64,000 nucleotides of DNA, taken from NCBI GenBank assembly GCA_024278835.1, contig JAJRSK010000053.1, positions 21,658 through 85,657 on the forward strand, written 5' to 3'. Origin of the DNA: Campylobacterales bacterium. GTDB lineage: Bacteria; Campylobacterota; Campylobacteria; Campylobacterales; QNZT01. A program made the translations under genes and the position numbers. The notes below the pieces were generated by a model, which worked only from the letters and a program-made list of their open reading frames with translations, searched no databases and had not been told where the DNA came from. Below are positions 1-9,839 of this stretch, one piece after another. The number at the start of each line of letters is the position of its first letter. Position 1 is the first letter of the stretch.

Positions 1-2514
1 AAGATTAAAGTAATTAGTCATCGATTTGATATAGTCATTGTCATACATTTTTTCAGGATGCATAATCCATTGTTTGACCCACTTCTCACCATTTTCATGA
101 CGACCAAGTACACCAACCAAATCTGGTCCAGAACTTACCTTACCGATAACGTGACAACCATTACAACCACCTTCTAGGTATGCTGAATGTCCGCGTTGCT
201 GCGCTTCGCTCATAGGTGATGCAACTTTCTTCACAAGTAAGTCTTTGGCTCTGATTCCAACATCTGCTGTTTTAACCATATACTGCCAAATCATATTTTC
301 AAAAAGAATTGCTTTATCCATGTCTCCAGCTTTCACTGCTTCATCAGATTTCTTCTTCTCTTCTGCGATTTTACCATACTGATCTAAAGCATCTGTCACA
401 AGATTTTTTACCGTGTTATGTTTTTCATAGTGGTTGTCTTTCAAGAACTTAACAACACTTTGAATAACGGCGTCAGTTGCTGTATTTGTCGCTACTGTTT
501 TGTCATACTCCGCTTTGAGTTGTTCAGGTGTCATTTTTGCTATTTTAAGTTTTGCTGCTGCTGTATACTTTTTGTTAGGATCTTTTACAAGTAAATAACC
601 CATCATCTCCAAGTGAAGTGCAGAACAGAACTCTGTACAATAGTAAGGGAATACACCTTCCATATCAGCCGTAAAAGTAACCGCCACTGTTTTACCAGGC
701 TCTAGCGATGTGTGAACATTGTATTGATCGACTGTAAATCCATGTGTCTCATCTTCTGCACGCTCTAAGTTAGTCAAATAGAAAGTAACAGTGTCACCTT
801 TATTAACAGTTAAGTGCTCAGGATTGATGTGAGATCTTACAACGGTTCCATACACATAGACATGGTTACCTTTTCGAACCACTTTTTCTTGTCCAGCAAG
901 TGTTTTACCAACATGCGTTTTACCCGTAAAGGCATTAGTACCCATTTTATATCTTACATGAGGATGCAATTTAGACGCTCTAATTGCCACTGCTTGATGT
1001 GGTTCACCAAGAGGAATTGGCATATCATACAAGAGTTGCATCTTTTTACCCCGGATATCAATCAACTGGTGATTTTGTGGATGCAATGGTCCAATCTCAT
1101 TAAATCTATCAATCGCTAGTTTATTAAGTGCGATGATATACTCACCTTGAGGATCTTCTGTTTTACCTTCCATTCCACATAAGTGACCGATATTGTAGTT
1201 AACATTTTGTCTATCTAGTACCTTACAAGTAAGATAATCCCACTTCACTACTTGACTATCAACATAGAGTGACGTATAAATCTCACCATTATCTTTCCAA
1301 CCTGGTCCAAACTGGTTGTGCAGTGGCCCAAGACCCAACTCTGCTTGACAATGCATCGCTTTTTTCATATCTAAGATAGGTATGCCATAGGGATCTTTAC
1401 CAGCATATTCTTTGTTTTTAATCAACTTTTGAATTTTTGCCCATGAATAAACTGTCGCATGTGTATCTAGTTTACCACACACTACGATATATTTACCATC
1501 TGGAGATACATCTACACCATGTGGAGACTTTGGTTCAGGAACAAGGAAAAGTGCATTGTTTTTAATCGCAACATCCATAGGAACTACTCTATGGTTATTG
1601 ATAATTTTAACATTTTTATCATCTTTTGCAAGTTCTGCCAATTTTTTCCAGTTATACACATGTAAAAAATCCGTATCATTACGGCTACATCCTGCTTCAA
1701 AAGGAGGAAGCCCTTTTTCGATACCACCTGTATACATTTCAGAGTTGAAGCTGTTTGTAAATCCCCACCCATCACAAACTTCTTTACCTGCATCTGAAAG
1801 ATCTTGCATGTAAGGAGGCATTTCAATTGTAAATGATTTTTTAGGTTCTATTTTACCTATCTTTGGATCAAATTTCCAAACAGTCACACCACCACGGTAT
1901 GTCTCTTTATACTCTTCCATCGGGTGATAGTTATTATCTAGAGGTGCACCATACTGACACGCTTCTAAGATACGCTCAGAGTCTGGTGTAAAAAACGCCC
2001 CACCATGATCTGATTTAAATACAGGATTGACCACAATTTGTTTGGTAACAAAGTCTGCTAAATCAATAACTGCTATACGGGGATTGGCTTTATCGTTGAC
2101 AACCAACCATTTACCATCATACTTACCATCAGTTTCTGAGAGTGCTGGGTGGTGTGTATCACCCCAAGTTATCTCTTTACCTCTGATATTTCCCTGCGCA
2201 AGCACTTTTTTGGTGTCATCATCATATCCCCAACCCTGCCATGGCTCTGGTGTAAATACACCAATGTATTTTAAGAGTCTCATAGAAGGAACTCCATATA
2301 CCAACATTTGTCCAGATTGACCACCTGAACTAAACACGATATATTTATCCCGTCCACCACTTGGTGTGTATGTTTTAGCTGCTGCAAGTAAATCAGACTG
2401 TGAAAGACCTCTATCTTTCATAACCTTATCTAGTTCTGTTGCAGCATTACCAAAAGTCATACTAACCATCGTGCCAATTGCGATAATTGACAATTTCTTT
2501 ACGATTGACTTCAT
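1..2514 (-). CDS. nosZ: Sec-dependent clade II nitrous-oxide reductase with C-terminal cytochrome c domain (cNosZ); 3' end runs off the window
   Basis: Not in the ORF track; translated by hand at several points. ATG at 2514 follows RBS AAGGAGG. Reads MKSIVKKLSIIAIGTMVSMTFGNA (Sec-type signal) then TYTPSGGRDKYIVFSSGGQSGQ and GVPSMRLLKYIGVFTPEPWQGWGY. The CuA motif YCTEFCSALHLEM (~601-642) and heme motif CNGCH (151-165) are in the same frame. Confidence 0.96.
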   Translation of the reverse strand, partial: MKSIVKKLSIIAIGTMVSMTFGNAATELDKVMKDRGLSQSDLLAAAKTYTPSGGRDKYIVFSSGGQSGQMLVYGVPSMRLLKYIGVFTPEPWQGWGYDDDTKKVLAQGNIRGKEITWGDTHHPALSETDGKYDGKWLVVNDKANPRIAVIDLADFVTKQIVVNPVFKSDHGGAFFTPDSERILEACQYGAPLDNNYHPMEEYKETYRGGVTVWKFDPKIGKIEPKKSFTIEMPPYMQDLSDAGKEVCDGWGFTNSFNSEMYTGGIEKGLPPFEAGCSRNDTDFLHVYNWKKLAELAKDDKNVKIINNHRVVPMDVAIKNNALFLVPEPKSPHGVDVSPDGKYIVVCGKLDTHATVYSWAKIQKLIKNKEYAGKDPYGIPILDMKKAMHCQAELGLGPLHNQFGPGWKDNGEIYTSLYVDSQVVKWDYLTCKVLDRQNVNYNIGHLCGMEGKTEDPQGEYIIALNKLAIDRFNEIGPLHPQNHQLIDIRGKKMQLLYDMPIPLGEPHQAVAIRASKLHPHVRYKMGTNAFTGKTHVGKTLAGQEKVVRKGNHVYVYGTVVRSHINPEHLTVNKGDTVTFYLTNLERAEDETHGFTVDQYNVHTSLEPGKTVAVTFTADMEGVFPYYCTEFCSALHLEMMGYLLVKDPNKKYTAAAKLKIAKMTPEQLKAEYDKTVATNTATDAVIQSVVKFLKDNHYEKHNTVKNLVTDALDQYGKIAEEKKKSDEAVKAGDMDKAILFENMIWQYMVKTADVGIRAKDLLVKKVASPMSEAQQRGHSAYLEGGCNGCHVIGKVSSGPDLVGVLGRHENGEKWVKQWIMHPEKMYDNDYIKSMTNYFNL

Positions 2515-2579
2515 CGTAATACCTCCTTTATGTAAAATTTCCTACGGGCATATTATAGGAAATATCATGACTAAAGGGG

Positions 2580-2593
2580 TTGATACACATCAA
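2580..2593 (-). promoter_or_regulatory. Crp/Fnr-family (Nss/Fnr) box in the nosZ promoter
   Basis: Perfect TTGAT-acac-ATCAA. A minus-strand TATAAT at 2552-2557 places the box centre near -41.5, the class II activation position. Confidence 0.85.
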
Positions 2594-2667
2594 GAAAACA
2601 AATAATTTTTATATTTAAAGTTAATATTTACGTTATAGTATAAATAATTCTATGCTATACTTCCATC

Positions 2668-3336
2668 ATGATAAGCCAATCCATCCATATCCTCATCCTA
2701 GAAGATGACACCCTTTTTGCGGAGAGTTTAGAAGACTTTTTAGAAGAAGAGGGATTTTTTATCACCCTTGCACATGATGGTGAAAAAGCGTTGGAACTAG
2801 CCTACGAAAAGTATTTTGATTTGTTGTTACTGGATGTCAATGTACCTAAACTCACGGGTTTTGAGTTTCTATCTCATTTGCGAGAAAGACAACAAAATAC
2901 ACCTGCTATCTTCATCACCTCATTTAAAGATAAGCAAAGTATCAAAAAAGGCTTTCTACAAGGGGCGGATGACTATCTCACAAAACCTGTAGATTTAGAT
3001 GAATTGTTATTGCGTATTGTAGCTTTGCTGCGACGCTGCCACAAACTAGAGGAGTCTATCATGATAGGCACTGCCATCTTCTATCCCAAAAAGGGAATCA
3101 TTCACTCCCAAGGAGAGAAATATCAACCATCCAAAAAAGTTATTTTACTCTTAGAACTCCTTATAGCACATCAAAATACTATCGTTTCCACTGAACGTAT
3201 CTATGCGCATCTATGGGCTTGGGATGAGACACCTAGCCCCTCCTCTTTGCGTGTTTATATCAATGATCTCAAGAAGATATTAGGCAAAGAGCATATCATC
3301 AATCATAAAGGCATAGGATATAAACTTGCACTCTAA
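2668..3336 (+). CDS. OmpR-family response regulator
   Basis: Receiver domain (LEDD, DVNVP, GADDYLTKP) plus winged-helix C-terminus (LRVYINDLKK, GIGYKL). Confidence 0.93.
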   Translation: MISQSIHILILEDDTLFAESLEDFLEEEGFFITLAHDGEKALELAYEKYFDLLLLDVNVPKLTGFEFLSHLRERQQNTPAIFITSFKDKQSIKKGFLQGADDYLTKPVDLDELLLRIVALLRRCHKLEESIMIGTAIFYPKKGIIHSQGEKYQPSKKVILLLELLIAHQNTIVSTERIYAHLWAWDETPSPSSLRVYINDLKKILGKEHIINHKGIGYKLAL

Positions 3337-4168
3337 ACACGAAAGTTTTTACTTCAACAACGCCCTTATCATGATAGCTGTTATCAGTCTTGTTTTACTC
3401 TTGGAGTACTTTTTAACACCTTTTATACCACTCACTTCATTGCGTACTATCATCATTATTTTACTAGCATTAGCCGTACATTTTTTTCTCTCTACCTCCC
3501 TGCTTGAACACTACAAAGAACAAGAAAAAAATCTCAAAAATCTCGTTGATGAAACACTACACGAACTCAATACACCTATCAGTACTATCGAAGCCAATCT
3601 CAAAATGTTACAAAACGCACACAGCGATGAAAAAACCCTCAAACGTCTAGCAAGGATAAGCCAAGCGTCTAAAAACCTCAGCCACCTTTATGAAAGTATC
3701 GAGCACTCCATTAAAAATGAGATAGATACACTTGAAAAAGAGACCTTTGAACTGCATAGCCTAGTCAGGGATAGTATAGGAAAAGTGGTCGATATCCAAG
3801 GGGATATCATGATAGAAAATAGTATACCCACTATCATGATAAGTGCTAACAAGAATGGCTTTGAACGCAGCATCGATAACCTCCTCTCCAACGCCATCAA
3901 GTACAACAAAAAAAAGGGATTTGTAAAATTTTATTTGCAAGATAAAAAACTTTTTATTCAAGACTCTGGACATGGGATAGATAGCAAAAATCTTTTTATC
4001 ATCTTTGACAAGTCCTACCAAGAAAACCCCACAACTTTAGGCTTTGGTATAGGTTTAAGTATCGTAAAATCGTATTGTGACAAAGAGAAAATTGATATCA
4101 AAATAGATACAAAGAAGTCCATTGGTACCACTATCATGATGGACTTAAAAAATCTTATTAACGATTAA
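3326..4168 (+). CDS. Sensor histidine kinase
   Basis: Two N-terminal TM helices, H-box TLHELNTP, N-box NLLSNAIKY, G boxes DSGHGI and GFGIGL. Confidence 0.92.
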   Translation: MHSKHESFYFNNALIMIAVISLVLLLEYFLTPFIPLTSLRTIIIILLALAVHFFLSTSLLEHYKEQEKNLKNLVDETLHELNTPISTIEANLKMLQNAHSDEKTLKRLARISQASKNLSHLYESIEHSIKNEIDTLEKETFELHSLVRDSIGKVVDIQGDIMIENSIPTIMISANKNGFERSIDNLLSNAIKYNKKKGFVKFYLQDKKLFIQDSGHGIDSKNLFIIFDKSYQENPTTLGFGIGLSIVKSYCDKEKIDIKIDTKKSIGTTIMMDLKNLIND

Positions 4169-4189
4169 TTAACACTTCCTTGTTATACT
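4158..4189 (+). promoter_or_regulatory. Candidate OmpR-type direct repeat plus extended -10
   Basis: TTAAC at 4158 and 4169 (11-bp spacing), then TGnTATACT ending at 4189, just downstream of the two-component genes. Confidence 0.3.
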
Positions 4190-4246
4190 TCTCTTGTCTA
4201 TGAGAAATTTCCTACAAAAATTTTCAAAGTACAAGGTTGTATATAT

Positions 4247-4882
4247 ATGATATATAAAATGTTTATAACGCTAATACTGCTATCAACCTCCTCATATGGT
4301 AGCCTATACGATAAGGGCGAAAAGATCTACTCTATTATGTGTGATAAAGAGAAGATTTCTACCCTTAGTTATAGCGATGCTGATACGCTTAAACAGCAAA
4401 TAAAAAGCCAAAAACTATGCGGTAATTTAAATGATAAAAAGCTAAATGCTCTTAGCCATTTTCTCACTTCTAAAGAAAAAAGTACCAAAACAAAACATCT
4501 CGTAGTGCCTGAAGAATCTCGTTGTCCTGTTTGTGGTATGTTTATCTCCAAATATCCAAAGTGGGTTGCTATCATCGAAACTAAAGGGGGAGAGAAATAT
4601 TATTTTGATGGTGTCAAAGATATGATGAAATTTTATTTTGATCCTCTCAAGTTTCATCATGATAGGGAAGCAATTTCTCACATCATGGTGAGTGATTATT
4701 ATACGATTGAAGGGATAAATGCTAAAGAGGCTTACTATGTCATCGGCTCCAACATCTATGGACCTATGGGAGAAGAGTTGATACCCTTCAAAACGCAAGC
4801 CGATGCGCAAAACTTCTCGGATGAGCATCACGGAAAAAAGATACTTTCTTTTGATATGATACAAGAAAAATTTCTCTACTAA
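4247..4882 (+). CDS. NosL-family periplasmic (copper-chaperone-like) protein
   Basis: Signal peptide; CPVCGM, FDGVKDM, GSNIYGPMGEELIPF and AQNFSDEHHGK are NosL-domain motifs. Confidence 0.85.
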   Translation: MIYKMFITLILLSTSSYGSLYDKGEKIYSIMCDKEKISTLSYSDADTLKQQIKSQKLCGNLNDKKLNALSHFLTSKEKSTKTKHLVVPEESRCPVCGMFISKYPKWVAIIETKGGEKYYFDGVKDMMKFYFDPLKFHHDREAISHIMVSDYYTIEGINAKEAYYVIGSNIYGPMGEELIPFKTQADAQNFSDEHHGKKILSFDMIQEKFLY

Positions 4883-4933
4883 GGCCAGATCATCAGTACA
4901 CTTACTAAAAGTTTTATCACTGCATTTACACTT

Positions 4934-5101
4934 ATGATAGCACTCTTTAGCTTGCTAATCTTTTCGCCAAAACGCTATCATGATAGTGGTATATCTCCAC
5001 TAATCTCACGCGCAGGATTAGTACAAAGCAAGTCCGCTTATGAAGAGGATTTCTACCCTGCCCTTAAAGCGATCAATTACCAAGGATTTGTCCATGAATA
5101 A
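4934..5101 (+). CDS. Small hypothetical membrane/exported protein (~55 aa)
   Basis: Hand-translated: MIALFSLLIFSPKRYHDSG...FYPALKAINYQGFVHE*. Fills the operon gap, and its end overlaps the permease ATG at 5094. Start uncertain. Confidence 0.45.
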   Translation: MIALFSLLIFSPKRYHDSGISPLISRAGLVQSKSAYEEDFYPALKAINYQGFVHE

Positions 5102-6272
5102 ATCTGCATTTTTAAATTTTTTGTTTCTCTCACTTTACAAGCATAGAGCCAAACATATCGCGATATTTATCATTTCAACGCTGTTAATTTTCCTTCTTTC
5201 ATCGATGACTTTTATCTCCTCAGCCCTACAACAAGAGTCACTAAACACTCTCAAAGGAGAGAGCGACTTTCTACTTCAAAAGATGCGTTCAGGTCAGGCA
5301 GTGGACACACCGATAGCATGGGTAGATGAGATAGAAAAGATACGCGGTGTCTCCGTTGTTACCCCACGCATATATGGCAAATACCTCTTGCCCTATGATG
5401 AAAAGTACTTCACCATCATAGGCGTGGACTTTTTTGACGAACAAATCGTAGCAAACCTTAAAAAACTCTTCTTGGACCTTGATATAAAAAGCTTTTTACA
5501 AAAGGATCAGATGATAGTCGGCGAAGGGGTAAGAGCCTACATGAAACAAAATCACTATGATACATACTTCAACTTTTTAACACCACAAGGCGAAGAAAAA
5601 AGCGTTTCTATTTACGATAACTTTTCTCACGAAGGCAACTTAGTCAGCAATGATCTCATCATCATGAGTGCCGACTTAGCCAGAGAAATTTTGGGTGTCG
5701 ATGAAGAGGAAGTCAGTGACATCTCCATCTCCGTGCCCAACGAAGCTGAGAGGGATAATATCGCCTTTAAATTAAAATCTTTACATTTTGACGCACGCAT
5801 CATCGCCAAAACAGATATGCAAAGTGCCTATGAAAAATTTTATAACTATAAATCAGGGATATTTTTACTACTTTTTATCCTCTCACTTAGTACTTTTATG
5901 CTTATCCTCTACCAAAGATATGCGATGGTAGGTAGCAGCGATAAAAAAGAGATTGCTATCCTAAGGATGCTTGGTTGGAGTATCAAAGATGTACTCAAAC
6001 TCAAACTCTATGAGACACTTTTTATCAGTATATTTTCCTTTATGTTAGGCATCGTTTTGGCTTATGTTTTTGTCTTTGTTTTTAACGCACCCCTACTTCG
6101 TGATATCTTTTTAGGCTTTGGTAACTTAACGAACAACCCTTCGTTTCAACCTGTCATAGATGGAGGATTGATAGCTTCACTCTTTCTCTTTTTTATCTTA
6201 CCTTTTGTCTTTGCCGTTATCATCCCCGTGTGGCGTATCGCTATCATCGACCCTTACGAAGGTATGAAATGA
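5094..6272 (+). CDS. ABC transporter permease, FtsX/MacB-like
   Basis: TM helix, periplasmic domain, then 3 TMs; KKEIAILRMLGWS motif; ATG 5094 follows AAGGA. Confidence 0.85.
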   Translation: MNKSAFLNFLFLSLYKHRAKHIAIFIISTLLIFLLSSMTFISSALQQESLNTLKGESDFLLQKMRSGQAVDTPIAWVDEIEKIRGVSVVTPRIYGKYLLPYDEKYFTIIGVDFFDEQIVANLKKLFLDLDIKSFLQKDQMIVGEGVRAYMKQNHYDTYFNFLTPQGEEKSVSIYDNFSHEGNLVSNDLIIMSADLAREILGVDEEEVSDISISVPNEAERDNIAFKLKSLHFDARIIAKTDMQSAYEKFYNYKSGIFLLLFILSLSTFMLILYQRYAMVGSSDKKEIAILRMLGWSIKDVLKLKLYETLFISIFSFMLGIVLAYVFVFVFNAPLLRDIFLGFGNLTNNPSFQPVIDGGLIASLFLFFILPFVFAVIIPVWRIAIIDPYEGMK

Positions 6273-6286
6273 CAAGGAGTAAAGCA

Positions 6287-6955
6287 ATGATACAGATAAC
6301 AAACCTCAACAAAACATTTCACCCAGACACGGCACGCGCTTTCACAGCACTAGATAGTATCAACTTACAAATCAAAGAAAATGAACTCATCATCCTAAAA
6401 GGCGTCAGTGGTAGTGGCAAATCCACCCTACTTTCCATCATTGCTGGTTTACAAAAACCAACCCATGGAGAACTTTTAGTAGAAGGGGAATCCATCTCTA
6501 AACTTCCCGACTTGCACGCTTCACATTTTCGTGCCTCAAGCATCGGGTTCATCCCCCAAGCCTTCAATCTTTTTGAGACCTTAAGCGTAGAAGAAAATCT
6601 CTCCGTGGCACTCATCCCTCTAGGATTTTCGCCAAAAGAGATAGCCAAAAAAACCCAAAAAGCCCTAGAATTAGCGCTGATATCTCATAAAAGAAAAGAA
6701 CTCATCACTAATCTTTCAGGGGGCGAAAAGCAACGAACTGCCATCGCCAGAGCCCTCGTCAATGACGCGAAAATCATCCTTTGTGATGAACCCACCGCAA
6801 ACCTTGATACCCAAAATAGTAAAAAATTTATCATCATCATAGAAGAGCTTAAACGATTAGGGAAAACCATCATTATTGCCACACATGACCCATTATTTGA
6901 CACCCTATCCTTTAGCGACCGTATCATCAAAATGGAAGATGGAAAAATCTTGTGA
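6287..6955 (+). CDS. ABC transporter ATP-binding protein (LolD/MacB-type)
   Basis: Walker A GVSGSGKST, LSGGEKQR, DEPTANLD, ATHD; RBS AAGGAG before 6287. Confidence 0.92.
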   Translation: MIQITNLNKTFHPDTARAFTALDSINLQIKENELIILKGVSGSGKSTLLSIIAGLQKPTHGELLVEGESISKLPDLHASHFRASSIGFIPQAFNLFETLSVEENLSVALIPLGFSPKEIAKKTQKALELALISHKRKELITNLSGGEKQRTAIARALVNDAKIILCDEPTANLDTQNSKKFIIIIEELKRLGKTIIIATHDPLFDTLSFSDRIIKMEDGKIL

Positions 6956-7920
6956 CTGCCCAAATCCTCTTGCAAAATGAAGTCCTTATCTCTCTCTTTT
7001 CAGAGACACTCATCCTCATCCTCAACATCATCGCTATCATAGGTACCATAAAAATTCTCAAAAACTGGGACTTCAGTTCCACTTCACCCCAACAATATAA
7101 ACTAGAAAAACGTAGCTACCTTATCGTCCTCATCATCACAGTATCGCTACTTTTCAACATCTTACTCTTACCTTATTTTGCCTTTTGCCTTGAGAGTCTC
7201 TCTGCTATCGTACCTGGTGCGATGTGTGGTGCAGGAGTCATCTCTGCCAACCCCTATGGAAACCCTCTACTACTTCTAAAAATCCTCATACTCTTTTTCA
7301 TCGGCATCTGGCTCCTCATCAACCACGAAGATTTAAAAGCCAAAAACTACCCCTATACACGCAAAAAGTTTTGGTTTTTCTCCATCATCTTTATCATGAT
7401 AGCCACTTCTTATATATTAGAAATCGCCTATTTTAGCAATATATCCCTAGAAAAACCCGTCTCATGCTGCTCCGTCATCTTTGGACTTAGTGGTGCCAAC
7501 AGCTTGCCATTTGGCTTAAGCACACTCATGATAGTGGCTATCTTCTATCTACTAGCCTTACTAAGTTTTCTCTTTATATGGCAAAAACAAGCCTTTGCTT
7601 TGGCGTTCTCTAGTATAGGATTTTTATTTGTCGCGTACTACGCGATAACACACTTCTTTGGTACTTATATCTACCAACTCCCCACTCATATATGCCCTTT
7701 TTGTATGTTGCAAGGAGAGTACTACTATGTAGGATACTTGATATGGGGTTTACTCTTTGTAAGCGTATTTTTTGGAATAGCCAACGCAGTCCTAAGACTT
7801 ATCATCGGCAAAGAGTTAGTACGATTTTATCATTATGCCTTTATTACTTTGGTTTCCTTTATCATCATAACAGCTGGATATGTGGTAGTTTATGTTTTGA
7901 AAAATGGGGTTTGGTTATAA
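6952..7920 (+). CDS. Polytopic membrane protein with Cys/His motifs
   Basis: About 8 TM helices; GAMCGAG, SCCS and HICPFC motifs; translationally coupled to the ATPase. Confidence 0.75.
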   Translation: MTAQILLQNEVLISLFSETLILILNIIAIIGTIKILKNWDFSSTSPQQYKLEKRSYLIVLIITVSLLFNILLLPYFAFCLESLSAIVPGAMCGAGVISANPYGNPLLLLKILILFFIGIWLLINHEDLKAKNYPYTRKKFWFFSIIFIMIATSYILEIAYFSNISLEKPVSCCSVIFGLSGANSLPFGLSTLMIVAIFYLLALLSFLFIWQKQAFALAFSSIGFLFVAYYAITHFFGTYIYQLPTHICPFCMLQGEYYYVGYLIWGLLFVSVFFGIANAVLRLIIGKELVRFYHYAFITLVSFIIITAGYVVVYVLKNGVWL

Positions 7921-8228
7921 AAAATACTATCCATAAATAGTGACTTTTTTAACACTTATCTAGCACATTGTTATCACGATGGTAATATTTTAAGAAAAAG
8001 TTTATTTTAAACTTTAAATGATTTTAACTTTACAAATAGTTTCGGGTCTAACCTTATTAGACTTACATTTTGTGATTAGATAAATTATAGGATATCTGAT
8101 TCTTTTATAACCACTCCCTCACAACTTTTTAAAAGTTGGATAAAAACTTTAAAGAAAAACAAAAGTGTCAGATTTTTTGTTATAATGAGTAAAGGGCACC
8201 TCTAAAGATAAAGGCATTGGAGATAATC

Positions 8229-8465
8229 ATGCAAACATTAACAATACAATTCAAAGATGACTTTATGAGTGAGGTTATTAAGTTTATTGAAACAGCAAAA
8301 GATAATATTGTGATAAAGAAAGACAAAAATTTAGAACTTGACCCATATTTTTATGAGAGACAAAAAGATTTACAAAAAATACTAAATGATGATAACCAAA
8401 TGAGAACTCACGATGAGTTGTGGGCTAAAGTACATAAACATCTTGAAAAAACTCACTCCCAATAA
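8229..8465 (+). CDS. Small hypothetical protein, antitoxin-like
   Basis: RBS GGAG; MQTLTIQFKDDF...LDPYFYERQKDL resembles small Campylobacterota proteins found upstream of RelE/ParE toxins (from recall). Confidence 0.55.
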   Translation: MQTLTIQFKDDFMSEVIKFIETAKDNIVIKKDKNLELDPYFYERQKDLQKILNDDNQMRTHDELWAKVHKHLEKTHSQ

Positions 8466-8559
8466 TGCAAATTACTTTTTAATCCTAAAAAAATATTATA
8501 ATAGTTTATGTTTTGAGAAATAGAATCTGCTTATAATGAAAGCTAAAAAAGGAAGATAA

Positions 8560-9297
8560 ATGATGAAAAAATACTTGATATTTTCATACGCAATAATTGG
8601 CTATTTATTTGCACTTAGCACTTTAACTTTTTTGATTTTCTGGGTCTATCCTTGGGACTTTATGCCCTTATATATCGACAATCCTATGAGTAATGTAGGC
8701 ATGAATCCTCTTATCATCGACATCAGTTTATTGCTCTTTTTTGCTTTGCAGCACTCTCTTATGGCTAGAAGTTTTTTTAAAGATGGGTTATTTAAAGACA
8801 TTTCATATGCCGTAAAATCTGCCACTTACTCTCTTGCTTCGTCACTCTGTCTCCTGCTTATCTACTACTTTTGGCAGCCACTTTATGGATATGTTTGGGT
8901 ATTTGAAAACAGCTTTATGTCTTGGGTGCTTAGTGCTGTATATCTCACTGGATGGTTCATTGCCTTTCTTGCTACTTTTATCATTGACCATTTTGAACTT
9001 TTTGGCTTGCATCAAGGATATAGAGTTTTGAAAAACATTCCTGAACCAGAAATTACGTTTCAAGTACGTTATTTTTATAAATATATCAGACATCCTATCC
9101 AGGCAGGTACACTGGTGGGTCTATGGGCGACACCTTCTATGAGTTATACTCATCTATTGTTAAGTATTGGTATGACTATTTATGTATTGATAGGTCTATA
9201 TTTTGAAGAAAAAAGTCTGCTAGTTACTTTTGGTGATGCATACAAAAACTATATGAAAACCACACCTATGTTAATTCCACTTATCAAAAGAAATTAA
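8560..9297 (+). CDS. mddA: Methanethiol S-methyltransferase-like (MddA / isoprenylcysteine carboxyl methyltransferase family)
   Basis: FALQHSLMAR, TFIIDHFELFGLHQ, YKYIRHPI...WATPSMS...HLL, EEKSL...Y..Y...PMLIP. Confidence 0.7.
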   Translation: MMKKYLIFSYAIIGYLFALSTLTFLIFWVYPWDFMPLYIDNPMSNVGMNPLIIDISLLLFFALQHSLMARSFFKDGLFKDISYAVKSATYSLASSLCLLLIYYFWQPLYGYVWVFENSFMSWVLSAVYLTGWFIAFLATFIIDHFELFGLHQGYRVLKNIPEPEITFQVRYFYKYIRHPIQAGTLVGLWATPSMSYTHLLLSIGMTIYVLIGLYFEEKSLLVTFGDAYKNYMKTTPMLIPLIKRN

Positions 9298-9335
9298 CAA
9301 ATCTTCTATCATGATAACTATGCTATAATCCTCTT

Positions 9336-9839
9336 ATGAAAAAATTAGCACCTATATTCACCACTGTACTTATCATGGCTATCATCATGATAATCTTCTT
9401 TTCACTAGCAAAACAAGAGCAAATGATAACGGTCTATAAAGACAACCATACCCAGGAACCACTTAAGCTAAATCTCCACCACCTACAGGATCCCCAATGT
9501 GCCATGGTCGTAGAAAAAAATGAATATGCCGCGCAACTGGCCGCAAAGAGCGGTAAAACTTGGGTATTTGATGATATCGGATGTTTGGTACTATGGCAAG
9601 ATGATAAAGTATTTATGGATGAACCAAGATTGTGGGTTTATACGATGGACTCTAAAAAGTGGATAGACGCCAAAAAAGCACACTACTCTGCTACAGAACG
9701 TACTCCTATGATTCATGGCTTTGGTGCGTATGAATATCCTGATGCAAAACTCATCGACTACGAGGAGATGCGCTTACGCGTGCTTCGTGGCGAAGATATG
9801 ACCAACCCAATTATCCGTAAAAAACTCTTAGGGATATAG
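9336..9839 (+). CDS. NosL-like membrane-anchored protein
   Basis: N-terminal TM; DPQCAM, FDDIGCL, WIDAKKAHY, TPMIHGFGA. Confidence 0.65.
   Translation: MKKLAPIFTTVLIMAIIMIIFFSLAKQEQMITVYKDNHTQEPLKLNLHHLQDPQCAMVVEKNEYAAQLAAKSGKTWVFDDIGCLVLWQDDKVFMDEPRLWVYTMDSKKWIDAKKAHYSATERTPMIHGFGAYEYPDAKLIDYEEMRLRVLRGEDMTNPIIRKKLLGI

Noticed and set aside
7921-8190. AT-rich spacer with small dyads (GTCTAA/TTAGAC, CAACTTTT/AAAAGTTG) as an ncRNA
   Set aside because: Short stems are expected by chance at this composition; no recognisable RNA family
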